Assembly (NCBI GenBank): GCA_965200315.1
Contig: OZ241362.1
Location: 2,560,001-2,624,000, forward strand
Direction of reading: 5' to 3'
Length of the DNA: 64,000 bases
Source: Candidatus Latescibacterota bacterium
Lineage (GTDB): Bacteria > Latescibacterota > UBA2968 > UBA8231
Below, piece after piece: positions 19,081 to 27,905 of the stretch; the first letter of the stretch is position 1; every line of letters starts with the position of its first letter. The translations under genes and the position numbers were made by a program. The notes beneath the pieces are model-generated. The model did not search any database. It was not told where the DNA came from and saw nothing but the letters and a program-made list of their open reading frames with translations.

Positions 19081-19119
19081 TTAAGGGTAAAGCACGGAGG
19101 TATCGACGAAGACGCTCAC
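19081..19119 (-). pseudogene. VapC/PIN toxin stub (12 codons)
   Basis: GTG overlaps the antitoxin TGA and reads MSVFVDTSVLYP*; VFVDTS is the PIN N-terminal motif. Confidence 0.7.
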
Positions 19120-19367
19120 CTGCGGTAGGCCTCCTGCAGGTGAGCGTCATGTTGCGCGGCTCCATCGCTGCCGCCGGAGCGGAATTGTCCAGCCACCGAG
19201 ATCGTGCGTTCGATGCGCTCGTCATCGGTCGCGGCTGTCTCCGCCGACCGCAGCAAGAGATCGACCCCTTGGCGAATCACCGTCGCCAGCGAAACCTGCC
19301 GCTCGGCAGCGATCCGTTTGACGCACCGCGCTTTTTCATCGGTCAACTGAATCTGTGTGCGAACCAT
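19116..19367 (-). CDS. CopG/ribbon-helix-helix antitoxin
   Basis: MVRTQIQLT...VSLATVIRQGVD...GQFRSG.SD.A.QHDAHL, typical of VapB-like RHH antitoxins. Confidence 0.8.
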   Translation of the reverse strand: MVRTQIQLTDEKARCVKRIAAERQVSLATVIRQGVDLLLRSAETAATDDERIERTISVAGQFRSGGSDGAAQHDAHLQEAYRR

Positions 19368-19436
19368 TCGGCTAGCTCCATGTTATCATATCATGCCATA
19401 ATGATGACAAGTCGCTCGGCGAAATCAATCTGATGC

Positions 19437-19595
19437 TTAGTTAGCAAGTTGATCTAACTTTCCTGATTTCACATCTTTTTCAAACTGTTGATCCCAAACT
19501 TCGGCATCGAATTCGTCAAACCATTCCCTGAAACCGTCAAGTTCATCCGCCGAAAGTTGGGAAATGGCTGATTGAAGTTCTTGCACGACTTGCAT
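19437..19595 (-). pseudogene. Small addiction-module antitoxin-like gene, prematurely terminated
   Basis: Manual translation: MQVVQELQSAISQLSADELDGFREWFDEFDAEVWDQQFEKDVKSGKLDQLAN*. The family normally continues about 12 aa; no partner toxin. Confidence 0.6.
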
Positions 19596-19691
19596 GACTA
19601 AATTCCCCTTTTCACTAAAATCTCTTCGACCTGAGGCTTTTCACCCGCCGTCTCTTCTTTGATCGTCCCACGGAGGTCCACTAGCAAACCA

Positions 19692-20375
19692 ATGAGCCAC
19701 TCCGTCCGACGCCATCTGCGCCTTGAAATCGAGGCGTACGACAAGACCATCCGCGCCTTCATTCCCGCGTACGGGGAAATGCTGGCGCGAGCCGCAAATG
19801 TCGTTGCCGAGACCAAGCCGAAAAAAGTAATCGACCTCGGCGCTGGCACGGGCGCGTTGGCACAAGCCGTATTGCAGCGGTGCGAGGAAGCGACGGTCGA
19901 GCTGATCGATGCCGACGCTGAGATGCTCGCTCAGGCCCGCGAACGGCTCGCGCCTTTTGCCTCCAGAGTGCAGTACACAGTGCGAGCGTTCCAAGGGCCG
20001 CTACCCGCCTGCGACTCAGCGGTCGCCTCCCTCGCATTGCACCACGTCCCCACCCTAGCCGAAAAACGGACGATCTTCAGCGCAATTCACGCTGCGTTGC
20101 GCCCGGGCGGAGTATTCGTCAATGCGGATGCGACCATGCCCGCCGCCCCATCTGCTCGCCGTGCCGAATACGAAACTTGGGCGGCCCACCTCGTCTCCTC
20201 CGGCATCGCCGAGGAACGCGCCTATAGCCATTTCGCAGAATGGGCCGACGAAGATACCTACTTTCCAGTGGAAGACGAACTCGCCGCGCTGACCGACGCC
20301 GGTTTTGCCGCTACCTGCCTATGGCGCGTCTCACCGGTCACAGTCGTAAAAGCAGTCAAAGACGCTGCCTCTTAG
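19692..20375 (+). CDS. Class I SAM-dependent methyltransferase
   Basis: VIDLGAGTG, IDAD, SLALHH and LRPGG motifs. Confidence 0.9.
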   Translation: MSHSVRRHLRLEIEAYDKTIRAFIPAYGEMLARAANVVAETKPKKVIDLGAGTGALAQAVLQRCEEATVELIDADAEMLAQARERLAPFASRVQYTVRAFQGPLPACDSAVASLALHHVPTLAEKRTIFSAIHAALRPGGVFVNADATMPAAPSARRAEYETWAAHLVSSGIAEERAYSHFAEWADEDTYFPVEDELAALTDAGFAATCLWRVSPVTVVKAVKDAAS

Positions 20376-20503
20376 TGAGTGGTGAGTGGCGAGTTGCGTT
20401 TTGCAGCTAGGCCGCATCTTTTTTGCACTCGGCAAAGCAACTTGGCTCCGGCCCATTGCGCCATTATTTTTTAGGTCCCCATTCACCACAGCCCCGAGAT
20501 TTT

Positions 20504-22276
20504 ATGACAGCTATAATCCTCGCCGTTCTCCTCCTCTTCGCCTTACCCGTTCAAGCCAAAACCCGGATCGAAGCGGCATACAACGCCGGCGAACTCGACT
20601 TGGAGACGGCCCTGATCTACCAAGTCCTCAGCGTACGTGCGCCCGACCAACTGCCGGCCATCTACCGAGAGTCCGGCGGGCTAGCGGTTTGCGGGACCCC
20701 ACAGCTAGTCCAAGCCATGAGCGCGGCTCCCAACCTGAGCGCCGAGTTCCAAACGCGCTTGGGCAAGCTAGCGAAAGACCGGCCGGATGCCCAGCACAAT
20801 CTCCTCTCGCCATCGGGACGCTTTCGCGTCCACTACGATACCGAAGGATTCAACGCGGTCGCGCCTAAGGATGCTGATGCCAACGGCATCCCAGACTACA
20901 TTGACCTCACTCTCGCCATCCTCGACAGCACTTGGGTGCTCGAAATCGAGCAACTCGGCTACAATCCGCCCCCTTCGGACAACGGCTTGGGCGGTGGCGA
21001 CGAATACGACGTTTATATTGTCGAGCTAGGAGTCGGCAGGAGTTTTTACGGATTCGCCTATCCTGGGACGTCCGGCGAGGCCACCTACAGCCATCTCGAA
21101 ATTGACAACGACTTCACCAACCCGGGCTACAAGCAGACGCGCGGATTGGACGCCCTGCGCGTGACCATCGCCCACGAGTTCCACCATGCCCTTCAGTTTG
21201 GCTACTACGCAAAATTCGACGGCAGTTGGTGGCAGGAATCAACCTCGACGTGGATGGAGGAAGTCGCCTATCCGCACATCGACGATTATCTCCAGTATTT
21301 GACCTACTTCCTCCGCGAACCCCAACGCGCCTTCAACTCCGGCCCTTATCAAAGCCTCCACACCTACGGCTCCGCGATTTTTTCTTTTTTTCTCGATCAG
21401 CGCTATGGCCGCGAACTCAACCGCTTGATCTGGGAAGAACTGGGCCAGCGCAAAAGCGTCCATCTCGATCACTTCGACCGCGTCATCCGCCAAGTCGAGC
21501 CGGGGGGCTTGGGCGTCACTGTGGGCGAATTTGCCGTGTGGAACTATTTCACCAACAACCGCTACCGCGGCTCCTACTATGCCGAAGCAGACAAATACCC
21601 GACCGTCCCCACCCGCGACATCGCCATCGCCGCCGAAACCGTCGCCCGCGACACCAGCCTAGTCGATGCCACCGGCAGCGTCTATCTGCGCCTTGAACCA
21701 CAGCTACGCCGAGGGGGAGTCGATCTGTTCTTCGACGCCAACCAAGGGGCGTGGCGTCGCCACTTGCTCTTAGTCGGTCCAGACAGCATCTCCGTGCAGC
21801 TCGTCTCCGAGCCGACGGTCCGCATCAGGGGCTGGGACCAGTTCGACGAAATCGTCCTCGTCGCCACCTCGGCCGAGCGCACCGGCTTGGCCTACCAGCA
21901 CCTGTTTACCGCGCAGTTCGATTCCAGCCTGACCGACGCGCCAGCCGCTTTAGCCACCAATTTCCCCAACCCGTTCCACCCAGCCGCTTTGGCCGCCAAC
22001 TACCCCAACCCCTTCCGCCCCGGCCAACACTCGCATACCCGGTTGGCGTTCGCGTTAGCCGTCCCCAGCCGAGCAACGCGCCTCGCGCTCTTTACCGCCA
22101 ACGGCATGCTCGTCTGGGAGCGAGACTTAGGCCCGCTCCGGGCGAGCGCAAACCACGCCGTGCTGTGGGATGGCCGCAACCTCGAGGGTAATCCTGTAGC
22201 CAGCGGCATCTATCACCTGCTCCTTGAAGCCGACAGCACCGCCGCCAAGCGCACAATAGCGGTGGTGCGCGATTGA
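20504..22276 (+). CDS. Secreted zinc metalloprotease (MXAN_6640-like) with FlgD-like CTD, copy 1
   Basis: Signal peptide, CGT propeptide motif, F(R)VHYD, IAHEFHHA, WWQESTSTWME, NYPNPF...WDGRN..G..VASGIY. Confidence 0.85.
   Translation: MTAIILAVLLLFALPVQAKTRIEAAYNAGELDLETALIYQVLSVRAPDQLPAIYRESGGLAVCGTPQLVQAMSAAPNLSAEFQTRLGKLAKDRPDAQHNLLSPSGRFRVHYDTEGFNAVAPKDADANGIPDYIDLTLAILDSTWVLEIEQLGYNPPPSDNGLGGGDEYDVYIVELGVGRSFYGFAYPGTSGEATYSHLEIDNDFTNPGYKQTRGLDALRVTIAHEFHHALQFGYYAKFDGSWWQESTSTWMEEVAYPHIDDYLQYLTYFLREPQRAFNSGPYQSLHTYGSAIFSFFLDQRYGRELNRLIWEELGQRKSVHLDHFDRVIRQVEPGGLGVTVGEFAVWNYFTNNRYRGSYYAEADKYPTVPTRDIAIAAETVARDTSLVDATGSVYLRLEPQLRRGGVDLFFDANQGAWRRHLLLVGPDSISVQLVSEPTVRIRGWDQFDEIVLVATSAERTGLAYQHLFTAQFDSSLTDAPAALATNFPNPFHPAALAANYPNPFRPGQHSHTRLAFALAVPSRATRLALFTANGMLVWERDLGPLRASANHAVLWDGRNLEGNPVASGIYHLLLEADSTAAKRTIAVVRD
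21941..22018 (+). repeat. 39-bp in-frame tandem duplication
   Basis: ccagccgctttagccaccaatttccccaacccgttccac / ccagccgctttggccgccaactaccccaaccccttccgc, encoding PAALATNFPNPFH PAALAANYPNPFR. Confidence 0.85.
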
Positions 22277-22316
22277 AGGGCGCAAACGACTCAGTACCCC
22301 CCGGCTAGGACATTTT

Positions 22317-23963
22317 ATGATTCTGGCGCTGATTATCGGAATACTGCTATCTACGGCACACGACAATCACGCAGAAACACCTACACAGCACACCCCGGCC
22401 GCCCTGCGCTGCGGCACCCCCTACGTGCTCCAAGCCCTCGACGCGGCCTCCGCACTCGGCCCCGAACATCTGCGGCTCAAACTCGTGCAAGACCGCCGGA
22501 TCGCTCAGCATATCCTGCTAACGCCTTCCGGCCATTTCCGCGTCCACTACGATACCGAGGGACGTCACGCAGTTCCGCCTACGGACGACGACGGCAACGA
22601 CATCCCGGACTACATCGACCTAGCCGCCACGGTCCTCGATAGCACTTGGATTTTGGAAGTCGAGCAACTTGGCTACAAGCCGCCCCCTTCGGATAACGGC
22701 TTGGGCGGAGGAGACGAATACGATATTTATATCGTCGAATTAAGCGGTAGCTACTATGGGTTCACCCATCCCGATGCAATCGCCGCGACCACCTCTAGCT
22801 ACATCAGAATCGACAACAACTTTACCGACCTTCGTTACAGGAAAACCCGCGGACTGGACGCCCTGCGCGTGACCATCGCCCACGAGTTCCACCACGCCAT
22901 CCAATTTGGCTACTACGCATACGGGGCCGGTAACTGGTGGCAGGAATCAACTTCGACGTGGATGGAGGAAGTAGCCTATCCGCATATCAACGACTATCTC
23001 CAGTACTTAATCCACTTCCTCGGCGAACCTCAACGCGCCCTCAACTCCGGCCTTCCCGGCAAGAATCACACCTACGGCTCTGCGATCTTCTCGCTCTTCC
23101 TCGATCAGCGCTACGGCCGCGAACTCAACCGCCTGATCTGGGAAGAAATAGGCCAGCGCAAAAGCGTCCATCTCGATCATTTCGACCACGTCATCCGCCA
23201 AGTCGAGCCGGGCGGACTAGGCGTTGCTATGGGCGAATTTGCCGTGTGGAACTATTTCACTAACAACCGCTACCGCGGCTCCTACTATGCCGAAGGGAAC
23301 TTATATCCCACCGTCCCCACCCGCGACATCGCCGTCGCCGCCGAAGCAGTCGCCCGCGACACCAGCCGAGTCGATGCCACCGGCAGCGTCTATCTGCGCC
23401 TAGAGCCGCAACTGCGGGCGGGCGGAGTCGATCTGTTCTTTGACGCCAACCAAGGGGCATGGCGTCGCCACTTGCTCTTAGTCGGGCCCGACACCACCTC
23501 TTCGCAACTCGTTTCCGAACCGACGGTCCGCATCACGGGTTGGGACCAGTTCGACGAAATCGTCCTCGTCGCTACCGCGGCCGAGCGCACCGGCTTGGCC
23601 TACCAACACTTCTTTACCGCGCAATTCGATCCCAGTCTGACCGACCCCGACCAACCCGCCGCCCTCGCCACCCTGCTCAAGCCCAACTACCCCAACCCCT
23701 TCCGCCCCAGCCACCATCCACACACTCGGCTGGCGTTTGACCTAGCCTTCCCCAGCAGCAAAACGCGCCTCGCGCTCTTTACCGCCAACGGCGCACTCGT
23801 CTGGGAGCAAGACTTAGGGGAGCGTGCGGCGCGCGAAGACCACGCCGTGCTGTGGGACGGCCGCAATGCCGCTGGCAACCTCGTCGCCAGCGGCATCTAT
23901 CACCTGCTCCTCAAAGCCGACGGCACCGCGGCCAAGCGCACAATAGCAGTCGTGCGCGATTGA
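22317..23963 (+). CDS. Secreted zinc metalloprotease (MXAN_6640-like) with FlgD-like CTD, copy 2
   Basis: Same motifs as copy 1 (CGTP, HEFHH, NYPNPF, WDGRN); tandem paralog. Confidence 0.85.
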   Translation: MILALIIGILLSTAHDNHAETPTQHTPAALRCGTPYVLQALDAASALGPEHLRLKLVQDRRIAQHILLTPSGHFRVHYDTEGRHAVPPTDDDGNDIPDYIDLAATVLDSTWILEVEQLGYKPPPSDNGLGGGDEYDIYIVELSGSYYGFTHPDAIAATTSSYIRIDNNFTDLRYRKTRGLDALRVTIAHEFHHAIQFGYYAYGAGNWWQESTSTWMEEVAYPHINDYLQYLIHFLGEPQRALNSGLPGKNHTYGSAIFSLFLDQRYGRELNRLIWEEIGQRKSVHLDHFDHVIRQVEPGGLGVAMGEFAVWNYFTNNRYRGSYYAEGNLYPTVPTRDIAVAAEAVARDTSRVDATGSVYLRLEPQLRAGGVDLFFDANQGAWRRHLLLVGPDTTSSQLVSEPTVRITGWDQFDEIVLVATAAERTGLAYQHFFTAQFDPSLTDPDQPAALATLLKPNYPNPFRPSHHPHTRLAFDLAFPSSKTRLALFTANGALVWEQDLGERAAREDHAVLWDGRNAAGNLVASGIYHLLLKADGTAAKRTIAVVRD

Positions 23964-23986
23964 GAAGCCGTCTGCAAGTTCCAGCG

Positions 23987-24037
23987 TTGACAATCACATT
24001 GTGATGACGTATGGTAACGGCCCAATTATACGTCATC
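23987..24037 (+). promoter_or_regulatory. TA promoter with overlapping operator palindromes
   Basis: TTGACA (23987), 17 bp, TATGGT (24010). Perfect IR gatgacgtat / atacgtcatc (24003-24012, 24028-24037) and palindrome atcaca-t-tgtgat (23993-24005). Confidence 0.75.
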
Positions 24038-24051
24038 TGTGGAGGCAACTG

Positions 24052-24288
24052 ATGCAAACCAAGCTCACGCTGCGCCTAGAGGAGCAATTGATCGAACGCG
24101 CTAAGGCTCATGCCAAAAAGCGGGGCAAGTCCGTATCGCAGATGGTGGCTGACTATTTCGCGCTGCTGGACCGGGACGATCCGCCAGAGACACTAGCACC
24201 GCTCACTCGTTCCTTATATGGCACCTTACGGGGCACTGCGGTCAATGAGGGTACATACCGCGAATATCTCGAGGAAAAATACTTGTGA
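24052..24288 (+). CDS. DUF6364-type RHH antitoxin
   Basis: MQTKLTLRLEEQLIERAK..A..RGKSVSQMVADYF...YREYLEEKY; GGAGG SD. Confidence 0.85.
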   Translation: MQTKLTLRLEEQLIERAKAHAKKRGKSVSQMVADYFALLDRDDPPETLAPLTRSLYGTLRGTAVNEGTYREYLEEKYL

Positions 24289-24806
24289 AAGTGATGGTCG
24301 ATACCAACGTCGTACTCGACTTGCTGCTAGACCGAACTCCACATGCAGTGAACGCAGCGCAGATTTTCTCTTTGATAGAGCGCAATGTCATAACCGGCTG
24401 TCTCGGCGCTACCACTTTGACCACTGTGCGTTACTTGGCCACAAAAGCTGTCGGAGAGCAAAAAGCACGGCGGGAAATTCGCAAATTACTTCGTCTTTTT
24501 GAAGTAACCCCGGTCAACCGGGCGGTGCTAGAAGCGGCACTGGCGGCGGAAGGCTTCCGCGACTTTGAAGATGCTGTTCTCCACGAGGCAGCACACCAAG
24601 CCGACGCCGATGCCTTGGTGACGCGCAACGGAAGCGATTTCAAAGCGGTATTATTGGCGGTTTACGAACCGCGCGAATTGCTCAATATCGTCCAAGCCCA
24701 CCATACTCACCGCACCAAAGAAGTCCGGTTGGGACGCTGCCTGATCGACAGCATTGACGATGGCTCTCAAGCACTGTCCACAGCAGAGGAAGAAGACGCT
24801 CAGTGA
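24285..24806 (+). CDS. PIN-domain toxin
   Basis: VDTNVVLD, DFEDAV and LVTRN..DF motifs; GTGA overlap with the antitoxin. Confidence 0.9.
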   Translation: MKVMVDTNVVLDLLLDRTPHAVNAAQIFSLIERNVITGCLGATTLTTVRYLATKAVGEQKARREIRKLLRLFEVTPVNRAVLEAALAAEGFRDFEDAVLHEAAHQADADALVTRNGSDFKAVLLAVYEPRELLNIVQAHHTHRTKEVRLGRCLIDSIDDGSQALSTAEEEDAQ

Positions 24807-24844
24807 GGCTGATCGATACTAACCTCTTGGTAGAGGTCTAAGTC

Positions 24845-26776
24845 TTGCCGGCACCTCTGCGCCGCGTCTCACTCCGCGCCATTGCCATCGGGGCCATCGG
24901 CTGCCTCGCCATCGCCGTGGGCGAGCCTTTTGGCGTCATGGTGATGCGCAGTTCGCCCATGGCCGCCGACTACTCGACCGGCGCGGCCCTGTTCTTGTTT
25001 TTTCTTTTCACCTTACTCATCAATCCGCTCGCCAAATTACTCACCGGCACCAGCCTGCACACCGGCGAGTTGGCCACCGTGTACATAATGATGGTCGTGG
25101 GGGCCGCCATTCCCTCTTGGGGCCTAACCATGAATCTGATCCCGCTCCTCGGCGGGTTCTTTTATTACGCCACCCCGGAAAACGACTGGGTCAATACCAT
25201 CCAGCCCTACATATCCCATCTCCTCGTGCCGGAAGACAGTGCAGCCATCCAAAAGCTGTTTGAAGGTAATGCCCAAGGCGAACGCATCCCCTGGGGGGTT
25301 TGGGCGACGCCGCTGATGGCGTGGAGCCTGTTTGCAGTCAACATGTACTTCACCACGCTGTGCGTGCTCGTCGTGCTGCGCAAGCAGTGGGTCGAGCGCG
25401 AGCGGCTCAACTTCCCGCTGGCCACCCTGCCCATAGAAATGAGTGCCCGCGCCAAGGACCAAGCCTTTGCGCCTTTTTACCGCAATTACCTGACTTGGAT
25501 TGGCTTTGCCATTCCCGCGCTCATCAGCTCGGTCAACGCCCTGCACCGCTATTTTAACTTCATCCCCTCGATTGACCTCAACCTCTGGGTGCCCTTTTTG
25601 CGCCACTCTATCGGGGTCAACTTTCGCCCTCACTTCGAGGTCATCGGCCTCTCCTACTTGCTCAATCTCGACATCTCCATGGGCGTGTGGTTCTTCGCCC
25701 TGCTCAATATGCTGACCATCGGCTTGTTCCGCCTGACGGGGTGGAACATCGGCCCGGAGCAGCCCTATTCTTCGCCCTCTCCGCCCAGCCTCGCCCACAT
25801 CGCCCTCGGCGCGTTGTTCTTCTTAGTGCTGTCCAGCTTGTGGAGCGGGCGTCAGCACTTGCGCCAAGTCTGGCGCAAGGCCCTGCGCGGCGACGATGCC
25901 ATCGACGACAGCGGGGAATTGCTTCCGTACCGGGTCGCGGTCTTTGGCTTTATCGCGAGCTTTTCCCTCGGCGTGTTCGCGCTCTACGCCGCCAATATGA
26001 ACCTGCCGACCGCCTTTGTCTTTCAGTTGTCGGCCCTCGTGATCTTCGTCGGTTTGGCGCGCATCATCTCGCAGGCCGGGCTGGCCTATTGCCGCGCACC
26101 AGTGGCCCCGGCCGTGTTTACAGTCAACACCCTCGGATCGTCGTCGGTGGGTGCTCCGGGCCTGACGGCACTGGCGCTCAACTTCCCGTGGTCTGCCGAC
26201 ATCCGCACCTTCGTCATGGCCTCGGCCGCTACGGGCCTCAAGCTGGCTGAAGGGACGCGCCTCGAATACCGCCGCGTGTTCTGGGCCATTGCCGTGGCCA
26301 TTGTCGTCACCCTCGCCGGCTCAATCACCGCGATCATCCACCTCGCGTACACCTATGGCGGCATCAACCTGAGCGGTTGGCAATTTGGCTATATGACGAC
26401 CTATACCGGCAACTGGATTACCAACAACATCAACAACATGCAGCCCACTCATGTTTGGCATTTGTCCTTTGCCGGCCTCGGCGCATTCTTGATGGGCCTG
26501 TTGACCTTTATCAAAAACCGCTTCGTCGGCTTTCCCATTCACCCCATCGGCTTGGCCATCGGGCTGCCGCATCCGGTGCAGCTAATCTGGCCGTCGGTCT
26601 TTTTCGCTTGGCTGCTCAAGGCACTCATTCTCAAATACGGCGGCCCCCGGCTCTACACGCGCTTGCGTCCGTTCTTTTTGGGGCTAGTGTTAGGCGCGTT
26701 TGGCTCAGCCGGGTTGTGGCTTCTCATCGACATCTGCACCGGCATGACGGGCAACCGGCTGATTAACATCGGCTAA
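24845..26776 (+). CDS. DUF6785/DUF6784-type polytopic membrane protein (OPT-like transporter candidate)
   Basis: ELATVYIM, YYATPEN, KQWVERERLNFPL, FPIHPIG, ILKYGG..LY..LRPFFLGL; many TM helices. Confidence 0.8.
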   Translation: MPAPLRRVSLRAIAIGAIGCLAIAVGEPFGVMVMRSSPMAADYSTGAALFLFFLFTLLINPLAKLLTGTSLHTGELATVYIMMVVGAAIPSWGLTMNLIPLLGGFFYYATPENDWVNTIQPYISHLLVPEDSAAIQKLFEGNAQGERIPWGVWATPLMAWSLFAVNMYFTTLCVLVVLRKQWVERERLNFPLATLPIEMSARAKDQAFAPFYRNYLTWIGFAIPALISSVNALHRYFNFIPSIDLNLWVPFLRHSIGVNFRPHFEVIGLSYLLNLDISMGVWFFALLNMLTIGLFRLTGWNIGPEQPYSSPSPPSLAHIALGALFFLVLSSLWSGRQHLRQVWRKALRGDDAIDDSGELLPYRVAVFGFIASFSLGVFALYAANMNLPTAFVFQLSALVIFVGLARIISQAGLAYCRAPVAPAVFTVNTLGSSSVGAPGLTALALNFPWSADIRTFVMASAATGLKLAEGTRLEYRRVFWAIAVAIVVTLAGSITAIIHLAYTYGGINLSGWQFGYMTTYTGNWITNNINNMQPTHVWHLSFAGLGAFLMGLLTFIKNRFVGFPIHPIGLAIGLPHPVQLIWPSVFFAWLLKALILKYGGPRLYTRLRPFFLGLVLGAFGSAGLWLLIDICTGMTGNRLINIG

Positions 26777-27801
26777 CCGTGGTCGATGCCGAGCTTGATC
26801 GAACGCTCGGGATGCTGATTGATCTCCATATACGCATCAGCGGACGCGGCAAACGGCACGATCGGGTCAATGAGGTCGTCGGCTTGCAAACGCCCTTCGA
26901 CCAACAGGGCCAGCGACTCCTCGCGGATGCGGGCAAAATCCCAACCGGCCTGCGGCAACGGCTCGCTATTGGCCCGGCTGGAAATGACCTGAATGCGGTT
27001 GCGGTGCCACTCGCCGGCCAAGCGCAAACCCTGCTCTCCGTGGTAATACGCGGTCGAGACCAAGGTGCCAGCATAGCAGGTCGCGCGCATGGCGTCTTCA
27101 AATGCTCGGTAGGAACCACTCGTTTCAAAGGCGATGTCCGCGCCGATTTTTTCGGTGTGCTGCTTGATCTCCAAGCCAGCGTCCATGGCCACCGGGTCCA
27201 GCGCCAGGTCGGCGTTGTGGCGCAGGGCCGCGGCGCGGCGGCACTCGATGGGATCGACTACCGCCACCCAGCGCGCACCGCACACACGCGCGGCCTGCGC
27301 GACCATCAGCCCAATGGCACCGAGTCCAAAGACGGCGACCCGATCTCCCAAGCGCACCGCACCATCGCGCACCGCGCCCACGGCAAAGTCGGCTGGGTCC
27401 CAATACATAATGGCTTGCGGCGAGATTCCGTCCGGGGCCTTTTGCACGCGCACCGCCGCAACGGTGTGCGTCTCGCGGATGGGCAAATGCGCGAAAACCC
27501 GGTCGCCCTCGCGCAGCGTTGTCACCTCGGCACCCACTTGGACAACCTCAGCCAAGCACATGTTGCCGAGGCGGCGGGGGAAGCCACTGGACGCGGATTC
27601 GCCGCGGCGGTGCAGGCGCAGCTCGCCGTCCCAGCGGTCGGAGGCGTCGGGCGTGTCGGCGCGGAAACCGCGCAACTCAGTGCCGTGCTTGACCGAGCTG
27701 AAGAGGCTTTGGACGCGGATTTCATCCGAGGCTAAGGGCGGTTCTTGATACGAACTGAGGACCGCATGGCCGGGGCGGTCGGCGATTAGTTCGCGAGGCA
27801 T
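26773..27801 (-). CDS. Zinc-type (MDR) alcohol dehydrogenase family protein
   Basis: SSVKHGTE, VAVFGLGAIG and FETSG motifs. Start ATG 27801. Confidence 0.85.
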   Translation of the reverse strand: MPRELIADRPGHAVLSSYQEPPLASDEIRVQSLFSSVKHGTELRGFRADTPDASDRWDGELRLHRRGESASSGFPRRLGNMCLAEVVQVGAEVTTLREGDRVFAHLPIRETHTVAAVRVQKAPDGISPQAIMYWDPADFAVGAVRDGAVRLGDRVAVFGLGAIGLMVAQAARVCGARWVAVVDPIECRRAAALRHNADLALDPVAMDAGLEIKQHTEKIGADIAFETSGSYRAFEDAMRATCYAGTLVSTAYYHGEQGLRLAGEWHRNRIQVISSRANSEPLPQAGWDFARIREESLALLVEGRLQADDLIDPIVPFAASADAYMEINQHPERSIKLGIDHG

Positions 27802-27905
27802 GAGGGAAACTCCTATGAGAGAGGTTAAGTCGCATTGACGTGAACGGGCGTTTGCAACCCGCCCCTGCAAATGCGTATTTGTCAAAACACAACCTGAGTA
27901 TAGCA

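Noticed and set aside
20375-20396. Heptamer repeat gtgagtg-gtgagtg-gcgagtt
   Set aside because: Three imperfect units only; too short to support a function.
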